A stretch of DNA of 64,000 bases from Rozella allomycis CSF55. Lineage: Eukaryota. The stretch spans positions 1-64,000 of the forward strand of contig KE561067.1 of assembly GCA_000442015.1 (NCBI GenBank). Reading direction: 5' to 3'. The notes under the pieces are model-generated. The model searched no databases. It saw only the letters and a program-made list of their open reading frames with translations, and was not told the origin of the DNA. Shown piece after piece: positions 11,200-23,947 of the stretch. A program made the position numbers and the translations under genes. Each line of letters starts with the position of its first letter. Position 1 is the first letter of the stretch.

Positions 11200-12516
11200 T
11201 CAGGAGTTTTGGAACAAGTTCATTATTTTAGCGTTTGACAAATAAAAAATGGGAAGATACATCATAGTTGCTATTGAAAATGCGGTCAAACTCCAAAAAG
11301 ATCCAAATGATATCTTAATGTACGCTGCTATTATTGGTGCTAAAAGCATGCCCAAACTGTAGCACATATTGTAAATAGCGTACACTTGAGCGTTGGACGC
11401 TTGGAAACCATATCGATGAACGATTGCCGCCATTTCTGGCATTGAAGGAGTATTGAAAACAGATGCAGATGCCCCAAAGAAGGACATAGCCGGTATCATC
11501 GTTGATATTGAGTCACAAGACATCATAAGAGGCGCTGCAAGTGAGTGAAGAATCATTCCGATTGAAATAATTAAATATTTATCATATTTATCTGATAAAT
11601 GTCCAACGAAAGTCGAAACAATAATGTTCGGCACGATTGCTGCTATAAACATATACCCAGTTTCAGCCTCGCTGAGATTGAAATTTTCCTTCAAATATAT
11701 TGCAATTATTCCTTCAAAAGCTGAAAAAGAGCAGGATCCTAGCAAAACCGCAATTCCATAAATCCATATTTGAGGTATACTAATTAATCGTACAATACTC
11801 GACTTTTGAGATATTGATGACTCATAGTTTTGAATAACTTGGGGTTGAATGTACAACCTTCCAAAAAAATCTAAAAGTGCCAGAAATGCACAAACATAGA
11901 AAGGTGATGCCGTTGAAATGTATTGGCCCATTACTCCTCCTACTACTGGCCCAAGTAAATACCCAAGTGTGTGTCCGCTTAAGACGATTCCCATGGCTAC
12001 ACCAAGTTTTTCTTTTGGGATGACATCTGCAAGTAATGCTAATCCAATAACCCAACTGGCGGCTGCCGAAACACCTAAGAAATGCCTTCTGACATGCTTA
12101 CCTTGCAAAATTCTAGCGAAAATTAATGCCGCCAAGGACTTACTTAGAGCGAAAACGATAGTCATTACAGACAATGCGACTAGTCCTATTAACATTGGCG
12201 TTTTTCGACTTTGATATCTATCGCTCAACACTCCAAACACTGGAGTCCCTAAAAATAGACCACTGGCAAACATTCCAAACAAAATAGAATTGTAAATATC
12301 GACTTCATTATTTTCATATCCCATGTCTATTAGTATTCGAGGCAATATGGGTAGAACCACTCCGTATACCACCATATCAGTGAATATTGCAAAATAGACC
12401 ACAATAGTAACTGCAATTATTGAGGTTCTAAATGAATTATTATGTCGTTGTAATGAATTTTGTGAGTTGTCGAACAGATTTTCGAGACTCTGGTTATTCG
12501 GAATCGCCTGTGTCAT
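11200..12516 (-). CDS. MFS transporter, vesicular amine transporter (SLC18)-like, in-frame 27-nt intron
   Basis: FTDMVVYGVVLPILP, GVLSDRY.SRK, ARILQG|VSAA, AQVYAIYNMCYSLGMLLAP; 12-TM pattern. Confidence 0.88.
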   Translation of the reverse strand: MTQAIPNNQSLENLFDNSQNSLQRHNNSFRTSIIAVTIVVYFAIFTDMVVYGVVLPILPRILIDMGYENNEVDIYNSILFGMFASGLFLGTPVFGVLSDRYQSRKTPMLIGLVALSVMTIVFALSKSLAALIFARILQGKHVRRHFLGVSAAASWVIGLALLADVIPKEKLGVAMGIVLSGHTLGYLLGPVVGGVMGQYISTASPFYVCAFLALLDFFGRLYIQPQVIQNYESSISQKSSIVRLISIPQIWIYGIAVLLGSCSFSAFEGIIAIYLKENFNLSEAETGYMFIAAIVPNIIVSTFVGHLSDKYDKYLIISIGMILHSLAAPLMMSCDSISTMIPAMSFFGASASVFNTPSMPEMAAIVHRYGFQASNAQVYAIYNMCYSLGMLLAPIIAAYIKISFGSFWSLTAFSIATMMYLPIFYLSNAKIMNLFQNS

Positions 12517-12772
12517 TTCCAAAATAAAGAGAATAAATAACAATATTTATTTTTTTATATTCAATACAAAATAAAGGATAGTCACGATTTAAGTTTCAGC
12601 CTTTTTGCAGCTTTGGTGAAAATGTAGATTTGATATGGGTAACTTTCTTCTCCGCCAATGAAAAGGACTTGACAAAATTAATTCGAAATGTAATTTCTTA
12701 TTAATTCAGAGACACAAATAATTAAAACAAAATACACAAGTTAGGTTTATTTCGCAGCAAAATTATCGGGGT

Positions 12773-13521
12773 CTATGTTTCCTTTTTTATTTTTAACTTT
12801 GATGACTTTTCTTTTCTTTTCTTCTTTTCTTTTAAGTCTTTTAGTTTCTTTTCTTTCTTCTTTTTTTCTTTTACGTCTTTTAATTTCTTTTCTTTCTTCT
12901 TCTTTTCTTTTAAGTCTTTTAAATTCTTTTCTTTCTTCTTTTTTTCTTTCTCATTCGTTCCACCATCAGGAATATCTAAAGTCACCGTGGTTTCTTGGCT
13001 CATGACAAATGTGTTTTCATCGTAAACGCCCAGGATTTCGTTTAATTCCTGCGTGGAATAGTTTTTGACATTTTTGCCTCTTAAAAGTCTTCTTTTGTGT
13101 GCCAATCTTCCTGAAACCAAGTTATCTTTCTTAATTTTGACCTCTTTAGTTGTTTCGGTACTTTTATAAGTTGAAGATTCGGAAGTTTCATTCAAAGATT
13201 GAAGTAATTTTTCATAATCGTCAGCAACATTACTTTGCCCTTCAATGGTGGAAACATTAGACCCGAGTCCTTTGCATTTTACTAGAAATCTGTACCTTTA
13301 GTGTTATCTTTTATTTTATAATATACTAGATCCGTCGATCCTGTGAGTTCCTTTCCAAGACCCATACCACTACTCCAACCCATCTTAGCCATAAGTTTCA
13401 ATGCCACTGACGAGGTTTTTTCTGTTAAAATAGCATTAAAGCATTTACCTTCTACTTTAGATGCCGTTCTTCTCGTATCTATAACTATTTTCTGTTTTTT
13501 TCTTGGACCTGCGAGACCCAT
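12773..13521 (-). CDS. G-patch protein, PinX1/Pxr1-like, Lys-rich tail; introns 27 and 26 nt
   Basis: MGLAGPRKKQK, LMAKMGWSSGMGLGK, KDNTKGLG, AHKRRLLRGK, LNEILG. Confidence 0.85.
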
Positions 13522-13656
13522 TTCAATTTTTGTTCCAAGCCACTGGCGCTGTCTTTAAGACAATGCTATTAGATTCAATGTTCTACATTCTGTATTATTT
13601 CGTGTAATAAATTTATGATTGTTCTATTTTTCTTGAGTTGCATTTTTAGGAAAATT

Positions 13657-15302
13657 ATGGAACCTTCTTACGAAAAACTAACAGTGGTGAAGTTACGCGA
13701 AGAGCTGAAAAATAGAAATTTGTTGAGTACAGGAAAAAAGAAAGAGCTTGTTAAAAGGCTAGAGGAATCTGATTTAATACAATTGCAAAACTCGCCTACC
13801 AGCAATAGAAATCAGTCCAAAACCAAAGAGTATTATAGAGAGTTATGTCGAAGGAGGGGATTACCAGTATCTGGTACAAAACAAGAATTAATGATACGGT
13901 TAAATCTGGCTTCAAATAATGTGCCTTTGTTTTCCCCATCAGCAAAAGAAATATCACCTGCGAGCTCCCCAAGAAGGACAAAGTCTGAAGATTTACCAGT
14001 AGATTTATTTGAGGAAATGAAAAATGTTCGAAAGAGATCAAAATTTTATAGCGAAAAAGAGAGTTTGTCATCGACACCTGAATTACCAAGCAATGAAACT
14101 GATGAATATGTCAATATTGTTAGAAACCCTATTAAAACACTTTCTCTGTTTTCTGACGCTGTTTGTGAAAAGGGTAGTGCATTTTTTGTGGAATGCAAAA
14201 AACACAAATTTCTGATGGGCTTGCTTTTTACTGTCCTGGCAGTATATTTCGTGGTGCGATCACTAGACGGGAACCATCGGCATGTAATTGTTTATAATTC
14301 GGCTAAGCAAGTTTTTTCATCAATTTGAGAAGATAGTCTTGTGGTACGGACTTTGGTTTGTTTATGGTGTGGCGTCTTCCATTGGACTAGGCTTTGGTCT
14401 TCATACATTCGTACTATTTTTGGGTCCTTTTATAGCCAAAGTAGCTATTGCAGCTTTTCATTGCAATTCCATTGACTTCAGTATGGTAGGATTCTCAGAG
14501 TAAGATTTATTTGATCGTAAGAAAAGTATTCATTGTGTTAAATCTCCTGGGTCATTAATAGGAGCGTTGGATGTAATAAATAAAGTTAAATACGAGGCGT
14601 TCTTTTGGGGAGCCGGGACAGCCTTTGGAGAACTCCCGCCATTCTTTATCGCCAGGGCATGTAATTCAAAATAGTTTAATTAATAAGCCGCTGCTATTGG
14701 CATATTTGATGATACTTTCAATGACATGCTTAAGTTGTCAAAGTCCAAAATCACCAACACAAGGGATTGGGTGAAAGTAAAAATGTTTCAAATGATGACG
14801 TCCTTGGGATTTTGGGGTGTTCTTTTGGGTGCGTCAGTACGCCAAATTTTATACTTTTTTTACTTAGATTCCTAATCCTGTTTTCGATTTTGCAGGCATT
14901 GGATGCGGAATCAATAAAGTTCCATTTTGGACATTTTTTTCTGCAACTTTTATAGGAAAAGCTATTGTAAAGACATTTATACAAGTATGCATTAATATAA
15001 ATTATCATAGACATCCTTTGTGGTATACTTATTTGAAAAAGAAAACATTGACAATGCCATCTCCATTATTAAATCCTTTCATTTACATCTAGGCACATTA
15101 ATGGAAGCTTTTATTGACGAAAAAAGAAGTCAGTTTATCGAAGAAGTTGTAGTACATCATGACGTAAATCGTATCTTCTTTATTCAGTTAGAATTCAAAA
15201 TTTGATTTTCTGTATAAATTGTTTATATCGACGCTGATTATATTTTTCGTTGGAAGTATTATCAATCAAATTGCCAGAATACAATTGAAAAAAAGAAAAT
15301 AA
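13657..15302 (+). CDS. VMP1: VMP1 (DedA/VTT-family ER scramblase) with two N-terminal SAP domains; 6 short introns
   Basis: [51 protein letters not shown]-terminal [28 protein letters not shown] and [22 protein letters not shown] in the same frame. Confidence 0.85.
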
Positions 15303-15440
15303 ATTGTACTCCATTTCGTTAAAATTTCAATTAATGTTATTGAAACACCCACAGCTCCCATGCTACATTAATAGAAATTCAAGATTAAAATTTAAATCTC
15401 TCGAATGTTTATGACAACCTAACCGTAATTGTAAACAAAT

Positions 15441-17939
15441 ATGCTTTCTAAATCAAATCCATCTATTGAAAATTTGATATATCCGGCCAAGAAAAGTTAT
15501 TCCATAAGAAATGACAAAGGCAAAATAATTCCAGGTATGATTCTTGGAGACCCTGAAGAATTTGAGCGTATGGAACGCAAGTTCATTAAAGACACTCAAG
15601 TCGATTCCAAAAGAATTGTAAAAAAGGTATTCATATTTAGTACTATTAAAAAAGGAAACCTCGCATATAGCCCAGATCAATCACTCAAAAGAAGAATACG
15701 ATGAAAACATTAGACACTATCTCGTGTAACAATCAATCTTATGCTGAAAAAAGAATGCAAGAAAAGTCATTGGACAATTGGGAAAAGCAACAAACAATAT
15801 GGAACAAAATAGATGATTTGATTTGCCAAAAGACAAATAAGGTTGTTACTTAGACTTTAATTGATAGAAAAAAGAAGAACTAATTGCTAATAAAACATTA
15901 AAATACAGGCTCTTATTAGAAGATAGAGAATTGATGAATCAAATATTGACAATAATGAACAAAGGGGATAATAATGTTGGCACTATTTTAACCATTGGAA
16001 ATGACTTGACGGGCCTTGTTCGAACACTCGAAGGAAAACTCAATTTTAATTGTGAATTGATTAGAAGTTACAATCAATGGTAAATGCATGCTTGAGAGAA
16101 AATCAGCCATATACCGTTAGACACCTACAATCAAGACATTCTCATAAACAAAAATAATGAAATAAAAGGGATTTTGCCAGATTTAAATGTTGCACAAGGG
16201 GTAATGAGAACGGATAGATATTGAAAGGGAAAGGTCGATAACTTGACGGTTTTTGGATTTAACAAGAAAGAAAATAGCAAATCTTTGAAAGAATCAAGAA
16301 GCATACCAGAAATATTAAGAGAAGATTCTGGGCAAAAAAGTGTGTCTGTGGACAGCGTAAAACTTGAAAAGGGCAAATTGGGGTAATATTGCTAAACGAT
16401 GACAATTCAGATCGAAATCATTTGACAGTTTTCCTTCGATTAGGACAGAAGTTATCCCGTTTATTAAAACAGAGGCCAATTGTTTATTAAGTTTAAGTGA
16501 AAAATACTTGTATTTTGAATCTTTTACAAAGCAAATTTGCTGTAAAGCTTTTACATTAACAAATCACTCTGATCAAACAATTCACTTTGAGTGGATCAAC
16601 GAATCTAATAAAAAAGTACCTTCAAAGATTTATATTGAGAAAGAAAGCTCAAGCCTTTTACTTTTTTGGAAAATCCGGATCCGTTTTGGCGGGCCAGTCA
16701 TTATCATTCAACGTGGCATTCAAATCGGATGAATTTGGGGTAAAATGTCTTTGTTTTTTGATAGAGATGTTTAAACAGGTTTGGTCTTTAAAAACAAGAC
16801 CTCAAATTCAAGATAACATTATATTGACTTTGAAGGGGATTTCACTGGAAAAAGACGCAAATAAAAGTAAAAGAGAAAAAATCGAAAAGGATTTATTCCT
16901 TAAACAGTATTTAGTAGTTGTCATTTTGAAAGGGCGAAATCTACAGCCAAATATATTATCGACACTCTTATAAATCAAGTTCATCATTACAGCGAAACAA
17001 AATTGCGTAAATTGATTCTCTTAAGAGAGGAAACTATGTTTAATTATTACAATAATAAATTATATGTAAAAATTGTTTTGTCCTGTAAACAGATATTTTA
17101 CGATCCTTCCACCATAGAGAAATTCAAGAATCTGGTTGAAGAAATCAAACAGATTTCAGGACTATCAGAGTACCAATGGACTTTTTCAATTGATGATATT
17201 TATGAAGTAATAAGAAAGAATTCGTTATATAGATTATTCATCTAATTGACCCTATTGAAAGAAGGTCAGAATTCTATGAAAGGCTAAATAAATTAATCAT
17301 TGACGCAACAAAACCACCAGAGTTGAAGAATTTAAAGCCTAGGCTGTTAAGTTTGACCAGTGCCATGCTTTGTTCGGTCGCAGATAAAATATATGGCATC
17401 TCAAATTCAATCAGAAAAGACATGGAGCTACCTCTAGACGTAACAATTAATTAACATTTTAAACTTTAGAGGCCGGCTGTTAGCAAATTCATAAATCTCG
17501 AAAATATCCCTCAAGCCTCAGTAGAAGAAGAAAAGAACCCGGCTCCTTCTATTGAAACGAAAAAATTAGACAAGGTATTGCGCTTGAAGGTTTAATATAG
17601 GCGCCACAAAAAATTGACAGCAAGACAAAGAAACAAAATGTTCAGCCCTCAAACACCGCTAATAAACCATCAACGCCAAATGCCAAAGCGCAAACAAGAG
17701 TAAAATCAGCGGATTTAGAAAAACAAAATACTCTGGTTTCAATTCCGCAAGGTAATATTCAAATTATATAATATTGAGAAGATGCAGTCTTAAAAAAGAG
17801 CGCTCAAAAGGAAATCTGGACAAAAGAGAGACGCCAAAAAGAGTATGAATACAGGAAAATATTAAAAAATAATGTTTCAAATCAACTGAGAATCGAAATT
17901 TATGAATTAATTGATATTTTAGATGCCTTTACTTGTTAA
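15441..17939 (+). CDS. MYCBP-associated protein (MYCBPAP-like, ciliary), many short introns
   Basis: MILGDPEEF, SLDNWEKQ, IGNDLTGLVRTL, Ig-like LTNHSDQTIHFEW..FYFFGKSGSVLAGQ..FKS; exons join via 26-30-nt introns. Confidence 0.65.
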
Positions 17940-18112
17940 GTCTGCCTCTTTGCATTTAAAAGATCTTTCTTAAATGCTCCACCTTAAATAAAGACTTTTT
18001 TCTTTATGTCTCGCCTTACTATCCAGTTACATTTCTTTGTAAAGGATCAAGATTAAAGACAACTCGGTTGAAACGCCAAAAGAGTATATGTTTTAACCAG
18101 GGTCCATTAGCC

Positions 18113-18415
18113 ATGCAAGCTTTTCTGGACTCGATGTCACAAAAATTGTGTGCAAATATAAGCGTACTAGATATGCATAAAAATACAATCTTCTCCTCTA
18201 ATGCCTTAAATCTACCCTTCAAACCTAACCTGCCATGTCCCAACGAACAATTACAAATTCCAGGAATAAATAAGATCTTAAAAACTACGAAAGAGAATGT
18301 TCACTATATCGTGTTTCAATTAAAAGAGATCCAAATATCTATTGTTACTCTAAAACAAGAGTCGATCAGTCTTGCATGGCAAAGTTACGACGTTTTCAAA
18401 AATCTTCTTGAATGA
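18113..18415 (+). CDS. Hypothetical protein (~100 aa)
   Basis: ATG-initiated ORF filling the gap between genes; no recognised domain. Confidence 0.4.
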   Translation: MQAFLDSMSQKLCANISVLDMHKNTIFSSNALNLPFKPNLPCPNEQLQIPGINKILKTTKENVHYIVFQLKEIQISIVTLKQESISLAWQSYDVFKNLLE

Positions 18416-18535
18416 ATCCAAATAATGAACTCTAAATTTAATTTTAATAAAATCTAAGATTTTAATCAATCTGTCAAAGTTAAGATTTGGCTATGCTTCA
18501 AAGGATATATATTTGTTGGATTTTGTGATTGGTTT

Positions 18536-19129
18536 ATGCAAAGTTACGAGGACTACATTCAAGTAAATAATAATCGAATTTATTAAAAGCAACACTTTGA
18601 AGATTTATTAGGTGATATCCCTCTTGATTTCTTACCTATACTTACTGGGTCTACACCCTCGAATGCAATTCCAGAAATGTTAGAGAGGAAGGAAGGTGCA
18701 CCGAGAAAAACAGAATTTCAAAAACATACCAAATCGAAGCACTTTGACATCGACTTGCTCGCATTTCCAGATCATGTAAATAGGGAATTTCTTTTACATT
18801 AGTATGAAGTTTACGCTGAATTGCCTGGAATTTCAAAGAAAGATATAAATATTCATGTGAATGATAAGCATGTAAATATATGTTCGCCGTAAAGATAGCT
18901 TCTGTCAATCGAAGTCTCAAAAATCGAACCAAAGACTGAAATGGCTGAAGGAACCCCAAAGGCATTGATAAGGGAAAGGAAATATGGTGATATGAAGAGA
19001 GTATTGAGATTGTCAAGAGACGCGGATGTGGAAACGGATCTAAAGGCTGATTTGGCTGATGGTGTCCTTAAAATAATGATACCTCGATCAAAGCCAGAAA
19101 TGAAAAGCAAGAAGATCGAAGTTTTATGA
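18536..19129 (+). CDS. Small heat-shock protein (HSP20), three 27-nt introns
   Basis: DIDL..YEVYAELPGISKKDINIHV..IRERKYGDMKRVLRL..KADLADGVLKIMIPR. Confidence 0.88.
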
Positions 19130-19149
19130 ATTGTGATATAAATTTGCGT

Positions 19150-19739
19150 TTATGTGGTTGAATTATCTTGATTCATTTCAATCAGACCGCAATCACGGAT
19201 TTTTATAACTTTTGAGGTGATTCCGGTTTTACTCCCCAAACTTTCCAATTCTTTGGTAATCTCTAAGCCTGATACGACTTTGCCAAAAACCACGTGCTTC
19301 CTGTTTAATTTTGGCAATGGTGCGCAAGTGATAAAAAACTGTGATGCGTTAGTATCCTTGCTTCCTGCATTCGCCATTGACAAGAGCCCTTCTTCTGTAT
19401 GTTTAAGCCGAAAATTCTCATCCTTAAATCTTTTGCCATATATAGAGTATCCACCGCTTCCATCACCGTTCACAAAATCGCCCCCTTGGATGACGAAACC
19501 CTGAATAAAAGAATCATTCTTATTTACGGGAATTACTCTATGGAATTTACAACCTTTATATCCACATCCTTTTTCTCCAGTACAAAGAATTTTGAAATTT
19601 TCGCATGTTTTCGGTACCACATCAAAAAACAATTCGACAATTATTCGTCCGACCAAGATCTCATCAACTTCTATTTCTAGGAATACCTAACATCTATATA
19701 CTAATCTAATACGTATTCGTTTTGAACTTTTTGTTTCAT
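19150..19739 (-). CDS. Cyclophilin-type peptidyl-prolyl isomerase, introns 26 and 27 nt
   Basis: [44 protein letters not shown]. Confidence 0.95.
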
Positions 19740-19776
19740 TTCTCAAATTNTTGTTTCATTTCTTAAATTTGGTAAA

Positions 19777-20241
19777 ATGCAAAAAGATGTTTCCTATGGA
19801 ATAGTATTACTATTTAAGAATACTATGAATATTTTTGAAACATTTTTAATACATCAACTCTCTGGCCCGCATTGGACAATACCTAAAGGGCACCCCGAGC
19901 CAAGTGACAAGAGTGATGTTGAAACAGCATTACGAGAGCTTAAAGAGGAAACAGGGTATTCCCTTTCTCCTGCTGATCTTTTTGATACTAACACCAAGTT
20001 CTCGACTAGTTATGAATACTATCATGCCAAGAAAAAGATCCAAATTCACAAAACCAATATCTATTTTTTGGCCTTCGTTGGTGAGCACATGCGGCATGAA
20101 GAGAAACCTAAACTTCAAGAATGTGAAGTTGATGAGGCTACTTGGCTAAATTTTGAAGATGCAAAACAAAAGGTTACATTTGAATCGGACAAGCAATTAA
20201 TAAAAGAAGTAGAAAAGTTTATTGAACACAGCAAATTATAG
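19777..20241 (+). CDS. Nudix hydrolase, Ap4A hydrolase (NUDT2)-like
   Basis: HWTIPKGH..ETALRELKEETG Nudix box. Confidence 0.88.
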   Translation: MQKDVSYGIVLLFKNTMNIFETFLIHQLSGPHWTIPKGHPEPSDKSDVETALRELKEETGYSLSPADLFDTNTKFSTSYEYYHAKKKIQIHKTNIYFLAFVGEHMRHEEKPKLQECEVDEATWLNFEDAKQKVTFESDKQLIKEVEKFIEHSKL

Positions 20242-20291
20242 AAACTTTAATTTTTTAATGATAATAAAATTGTTCTTTCGTTATTTATGCC

Positions 20292-21470
20292 TCATTTTCT
20301 ATTGCAATGCATTTCTGGAGATAATTCTTGTTCATTCAGTTTGTTGGAGGGGCACCTCAAGGAATAACACCTTTCGTGAACAATAACACCACAATCTAAT
20401 TAATGAGACTAATGAAGATTACTTTTGCACTTAAACGCATGTTTTGAAGTTATTCTTCTATGGCAAACAGAACAATTATTCATGACGCTGGTAACAGTTT
20501 TGTAGACATGCTCCGAAAATGGTTTATCAACGTTGTTGGGGACTAGGGGGGAATTAACCTGATACAAACCGTGCATGTTTCCAGTTTTTTCTGGAAGCTC
20601 ATTTTCGATAAACTAATTGATATCACATATCTCAATTTACTTGTGACACAAACTTAAATGGGCTAAAATTCGGATAACCCAGTGCTCTGTTTATGAAATA
20701 TGGGAGAAGCAACTTGGTGACTAAGAAATTTAAAAAATGAAACTCTCTGTTCAAAATCAAAAATCTGCTATCAATTTCATAATCGAAAGGTCGCAGAAAT
20801 GTAATAAACCCTAGTGATGGTTTGTCATTAGGCAATTGAACAATGCAGCGGCTGGATATTCGTTTTATCGAATAAGAAAAACCAATTTTCATTCCAAAAA
20901 GGGAAGATAAACATCCTTTGACTGTCATGTTGCCAGAATATTCGACTCTGAAAGTAAATACCTTTCCAGAGACAATCAAAATGTTACCATGTTGGAATTC
21001 CTGGTTATTTTCGATATTATCCCAATATCTTCTATAATTGGCATTTTATTTCCAATCCAAAAATCGATTAACGTGATTTCTTTAATCACATAACCCAAAA
21101 GACCGCGCCGCAAATTCAAAAAGTTTTCCTCAATATTCCTTTTTACAAAATTCAAAAAGCCATCCATTTCTGTTAACTCTCCAAAAATTCGAGAAAGCAT
21201 GGCGTTTAACTAGGATCAAAAATACAATTAGTAAATTACCCAATGCACCTGTTCTTTATCACAAAAATCTGCTAATATTGGAAGCTTCAGAAGTGCGTCT
21301 TTTTCTAATTCCTTGTTTCACCATCCAAATCATTTTACTAAACGCGGGACTTGCTTTTTTGGCAAAGGCGCAAATAACTGAGGCCTTATGAAAAATGCAA
21401 AAACAACCATAATCTGTAACGATATTAGAATGAATACAGTCGAAATAACGTAAAGTGAGTCAAAAATCAT
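20292..21470 (-). CDS. TM + SMP lipid-transfer domain + C1 zinc finger (PDZD8/Mmm1-type), 5 short introns
   Basis: N-terminal TM; EQVHW|LNAMLSRIFGEL..ITLIDFWIGNKMP; C-terminal H-x9-C-x2-C..C-x2-C-x4-H-x2-C..C after splicing. Confidence 0.7.
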
Positions 21471-21492
21471 TTTGGAAATTCCAAAAATTTAG

Positions 21493-22376
21493 ATGCTGGG
21501 ATATCCAATTCCTAAGAAACCATGGGAAAGCAATGCCGTTATTGGAACAACAGAGCAGTTCGGTACAGATAATAATAACCCTCCTCTGCCACCTAGAGAA
21601 ACAAACCCAAGTATTTCTACCCCATATTCCAATATTCCAACTAATTATCAAAGTACTGTTACAATCATGAATTTTTAAAAGACTATACACCATATAACAA
21701 TTATTATGGATCATATGCAGTTAATAGTCCCTACAGTTATAGTCCATACAATTCTTTCAATTCATATCAGTATGGCAGGCCTCAAATCTCTAGCAATAAT
21801 CCAGGTCTCGTGGCATTGGAACAGGTTGTTAATTCCTTTACTCAAGTTACGCATATGATAGATAGCACTGTTCATGCAACATATTCATCTTTTTTGACAA
21901 TTTTTGGAGTCGTCGATCAAATTAATGGCTTGAAGATTCATTTCTCACAAATCTTAGGGATGGCTTCGTTTTTCGGCTATTTAAAACGTTTTTTCTCGAG
22001 AAAAACAGGACCAGAACAAAGGAATGATTTTGTTAAGGAGTTCTCCAAGGGCCGTTCCCCGGGATCCAAAATTGTGATTCTATTTCTTGTAATGTTAGTT
22101 GCACTTCCTTATTTGTTAACGAAAGCAGCAAATCATCTTCGTAAAAATCATATTAAAAGCCCCTCGGATTATTCCTTTGCAAAAGCTTTGTATAATTATA
22201 GCCCGGCGTCTGAGAGTGACATTCCCTTAAAAGTTGGTGACATAGTAGCAATTTTAGACGAAAACACGTCCGCGGGTAAAGGATGGGCCGTTGGACGATC
22301 TCAAGATGGAAAGATGGGCTATTTTCCATTGAACTATGTAGAGGTGGTTAAAAGACCTTCCAAAAATAAAGAATGA
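21493..22376 (+). CDS. PEX13: Peroxin 13, one 29-nt intron
   Basis: PKKPWE, Tyr/Asn-rich stretch, LEQVVNSFTQVTHMIDST, TM, C-terminal SH3 (AKALYNY..GYFPLNYVE). Confidence 0.92.
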
Positions 22377-22439
22377 ACATTATTGGTTTGTTTCTATTTT
22401 TAAACTATTTTTTGTAACATCACGCAACTCCTGTATCAG

Positions 22440-23914
22440 ATGGCAAATACTATATTGCGAACAGCTGAATCATGGAGAAGAAGCGTAATGAGTGTTTATG
22501 AGTAATACAATGCATCAATAAACATAGGTTTCCTTTGGAGGTCGAGAATGGATTAGAAAGAGCGCCCCTATTAGCAAGTAGAATCTCCCGCTTGGAGACA
22601 ATCCATGAAGTAGTCGTACGAAAGTCATCATTCTTCCAAACTTCTTTCAATACAGCAAATTTAATGCTAGGGGTTGGAATTCTCTCCATCCCATATATTC
22701 TGAAGACGAATGGTTGGGTGTTAGGGACATCTCTAATGATGATTGTTATGCTTATCGCGTTAACCACGAACAAAATGATAGCCAGATGCATGAAAGAATA
22801 CCCACAAATCTTAAGTTTCCCTTCAATTGCTGAAGTATCATTTGGTAAACAGGCGGGACAATTTGTATACACAGTATTCATATTGGAATGTTTCGCGAGT
22901 GCTTGCGCTTACATCATTCTTGCCGGTAAATATTTACACTTCAAAACAAAGGCAATACTTTGAACGCAATTTTTCCAGCCATTTCATCGGATATATTTAA
23001 AATTATAGCTTGGATTGTCATAATTCCAACTGTTTGGCCAACAGACTATTCTTATCTGGCATATGCCTCTATTTTAGGTCTTACGGGAACCTCTGTAACA
23101 CATACTATTATATATAAGCTTTAGTTTATGTTTATTGTGATCTTTATGTGTGGATTTCTAGCCACTTCATCTCCTGGATCTCTTTTAAAACCAGCAGAAA
23201 CAAAATTATTCCCGGAATCGCTTGCAGATATCCCGTTAACGTTTGGGCCAATCATGTTTTGCTTTGCTGGTCATACCGTGACACCAACTATTATTTTAGA
23301 CATGAAGCAACCCAAATTGTTTAATCGAATGATCACAAGTACTTATGCCGTGGTTACTACAGTATTCCTGTCCATGGGGATTGCAGGGCACTTTATGTTT
23401 GGGCAAGATACGGAATCAGAGGTATTAAAGTAACATTTGTTTTATGTAGTTCACATTAAATTTAGCATTTCAAAATGAATACCCAAGACTGCTGATAAAA
23501 GTTTGCTTAGGTCTGATAGTGATTAATCCGTTGACGAAGTTTGCTCTCAGACTTAAACCTGTGTTTCAGGAAATTGAAACACTACTTATTGGTGACCCCT
23601 TAAAACCAAAAAGAGGGATTAGGCCTGAATCTCTATCGTATTACACGATGCGAACGATTTTGAGGACATGTATTTCACTTGGGACTCTTGTTGTTGGAAT
23701 CAATTTCAAAAGATTTATGGATTTGCAAGCGATAATTGGTGCTCTTTTCTCATTTTTAGTATGTGCTATCGTTCCTTCGGTGTGTTATTTGAAACTCTTT
23801 GCAAAAACGATGACCAAAGTTGAAAAGATGCTAACAATAACATTAATTCTAATATCTACAGCAATGTCGTCCTTTGGAACATTTTGTGTTATTAAAGATA
23901 TGGCAAATGCTTAA
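22440..23914 (+). CDS. Amino acid transporter (Aa_trans, AVT1-like), 4 short introns
   Basis: SSFFQTSFNTANLMLGVGILSIPY, FCFAGH..MKQPKLF, INPLTKFAL. Confidence 0.9.
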
Positions 23915-23947
23915 ATAAAATTTACTTATTTATTAACCAATGCCGAT

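Noticed and set aside
12790-12950. 36-nt tandem repeats
   Set aside because: They encode the ordinary KEKKKKEKKLKD tail of the PinX1/Pxr1-like nucleolar protein
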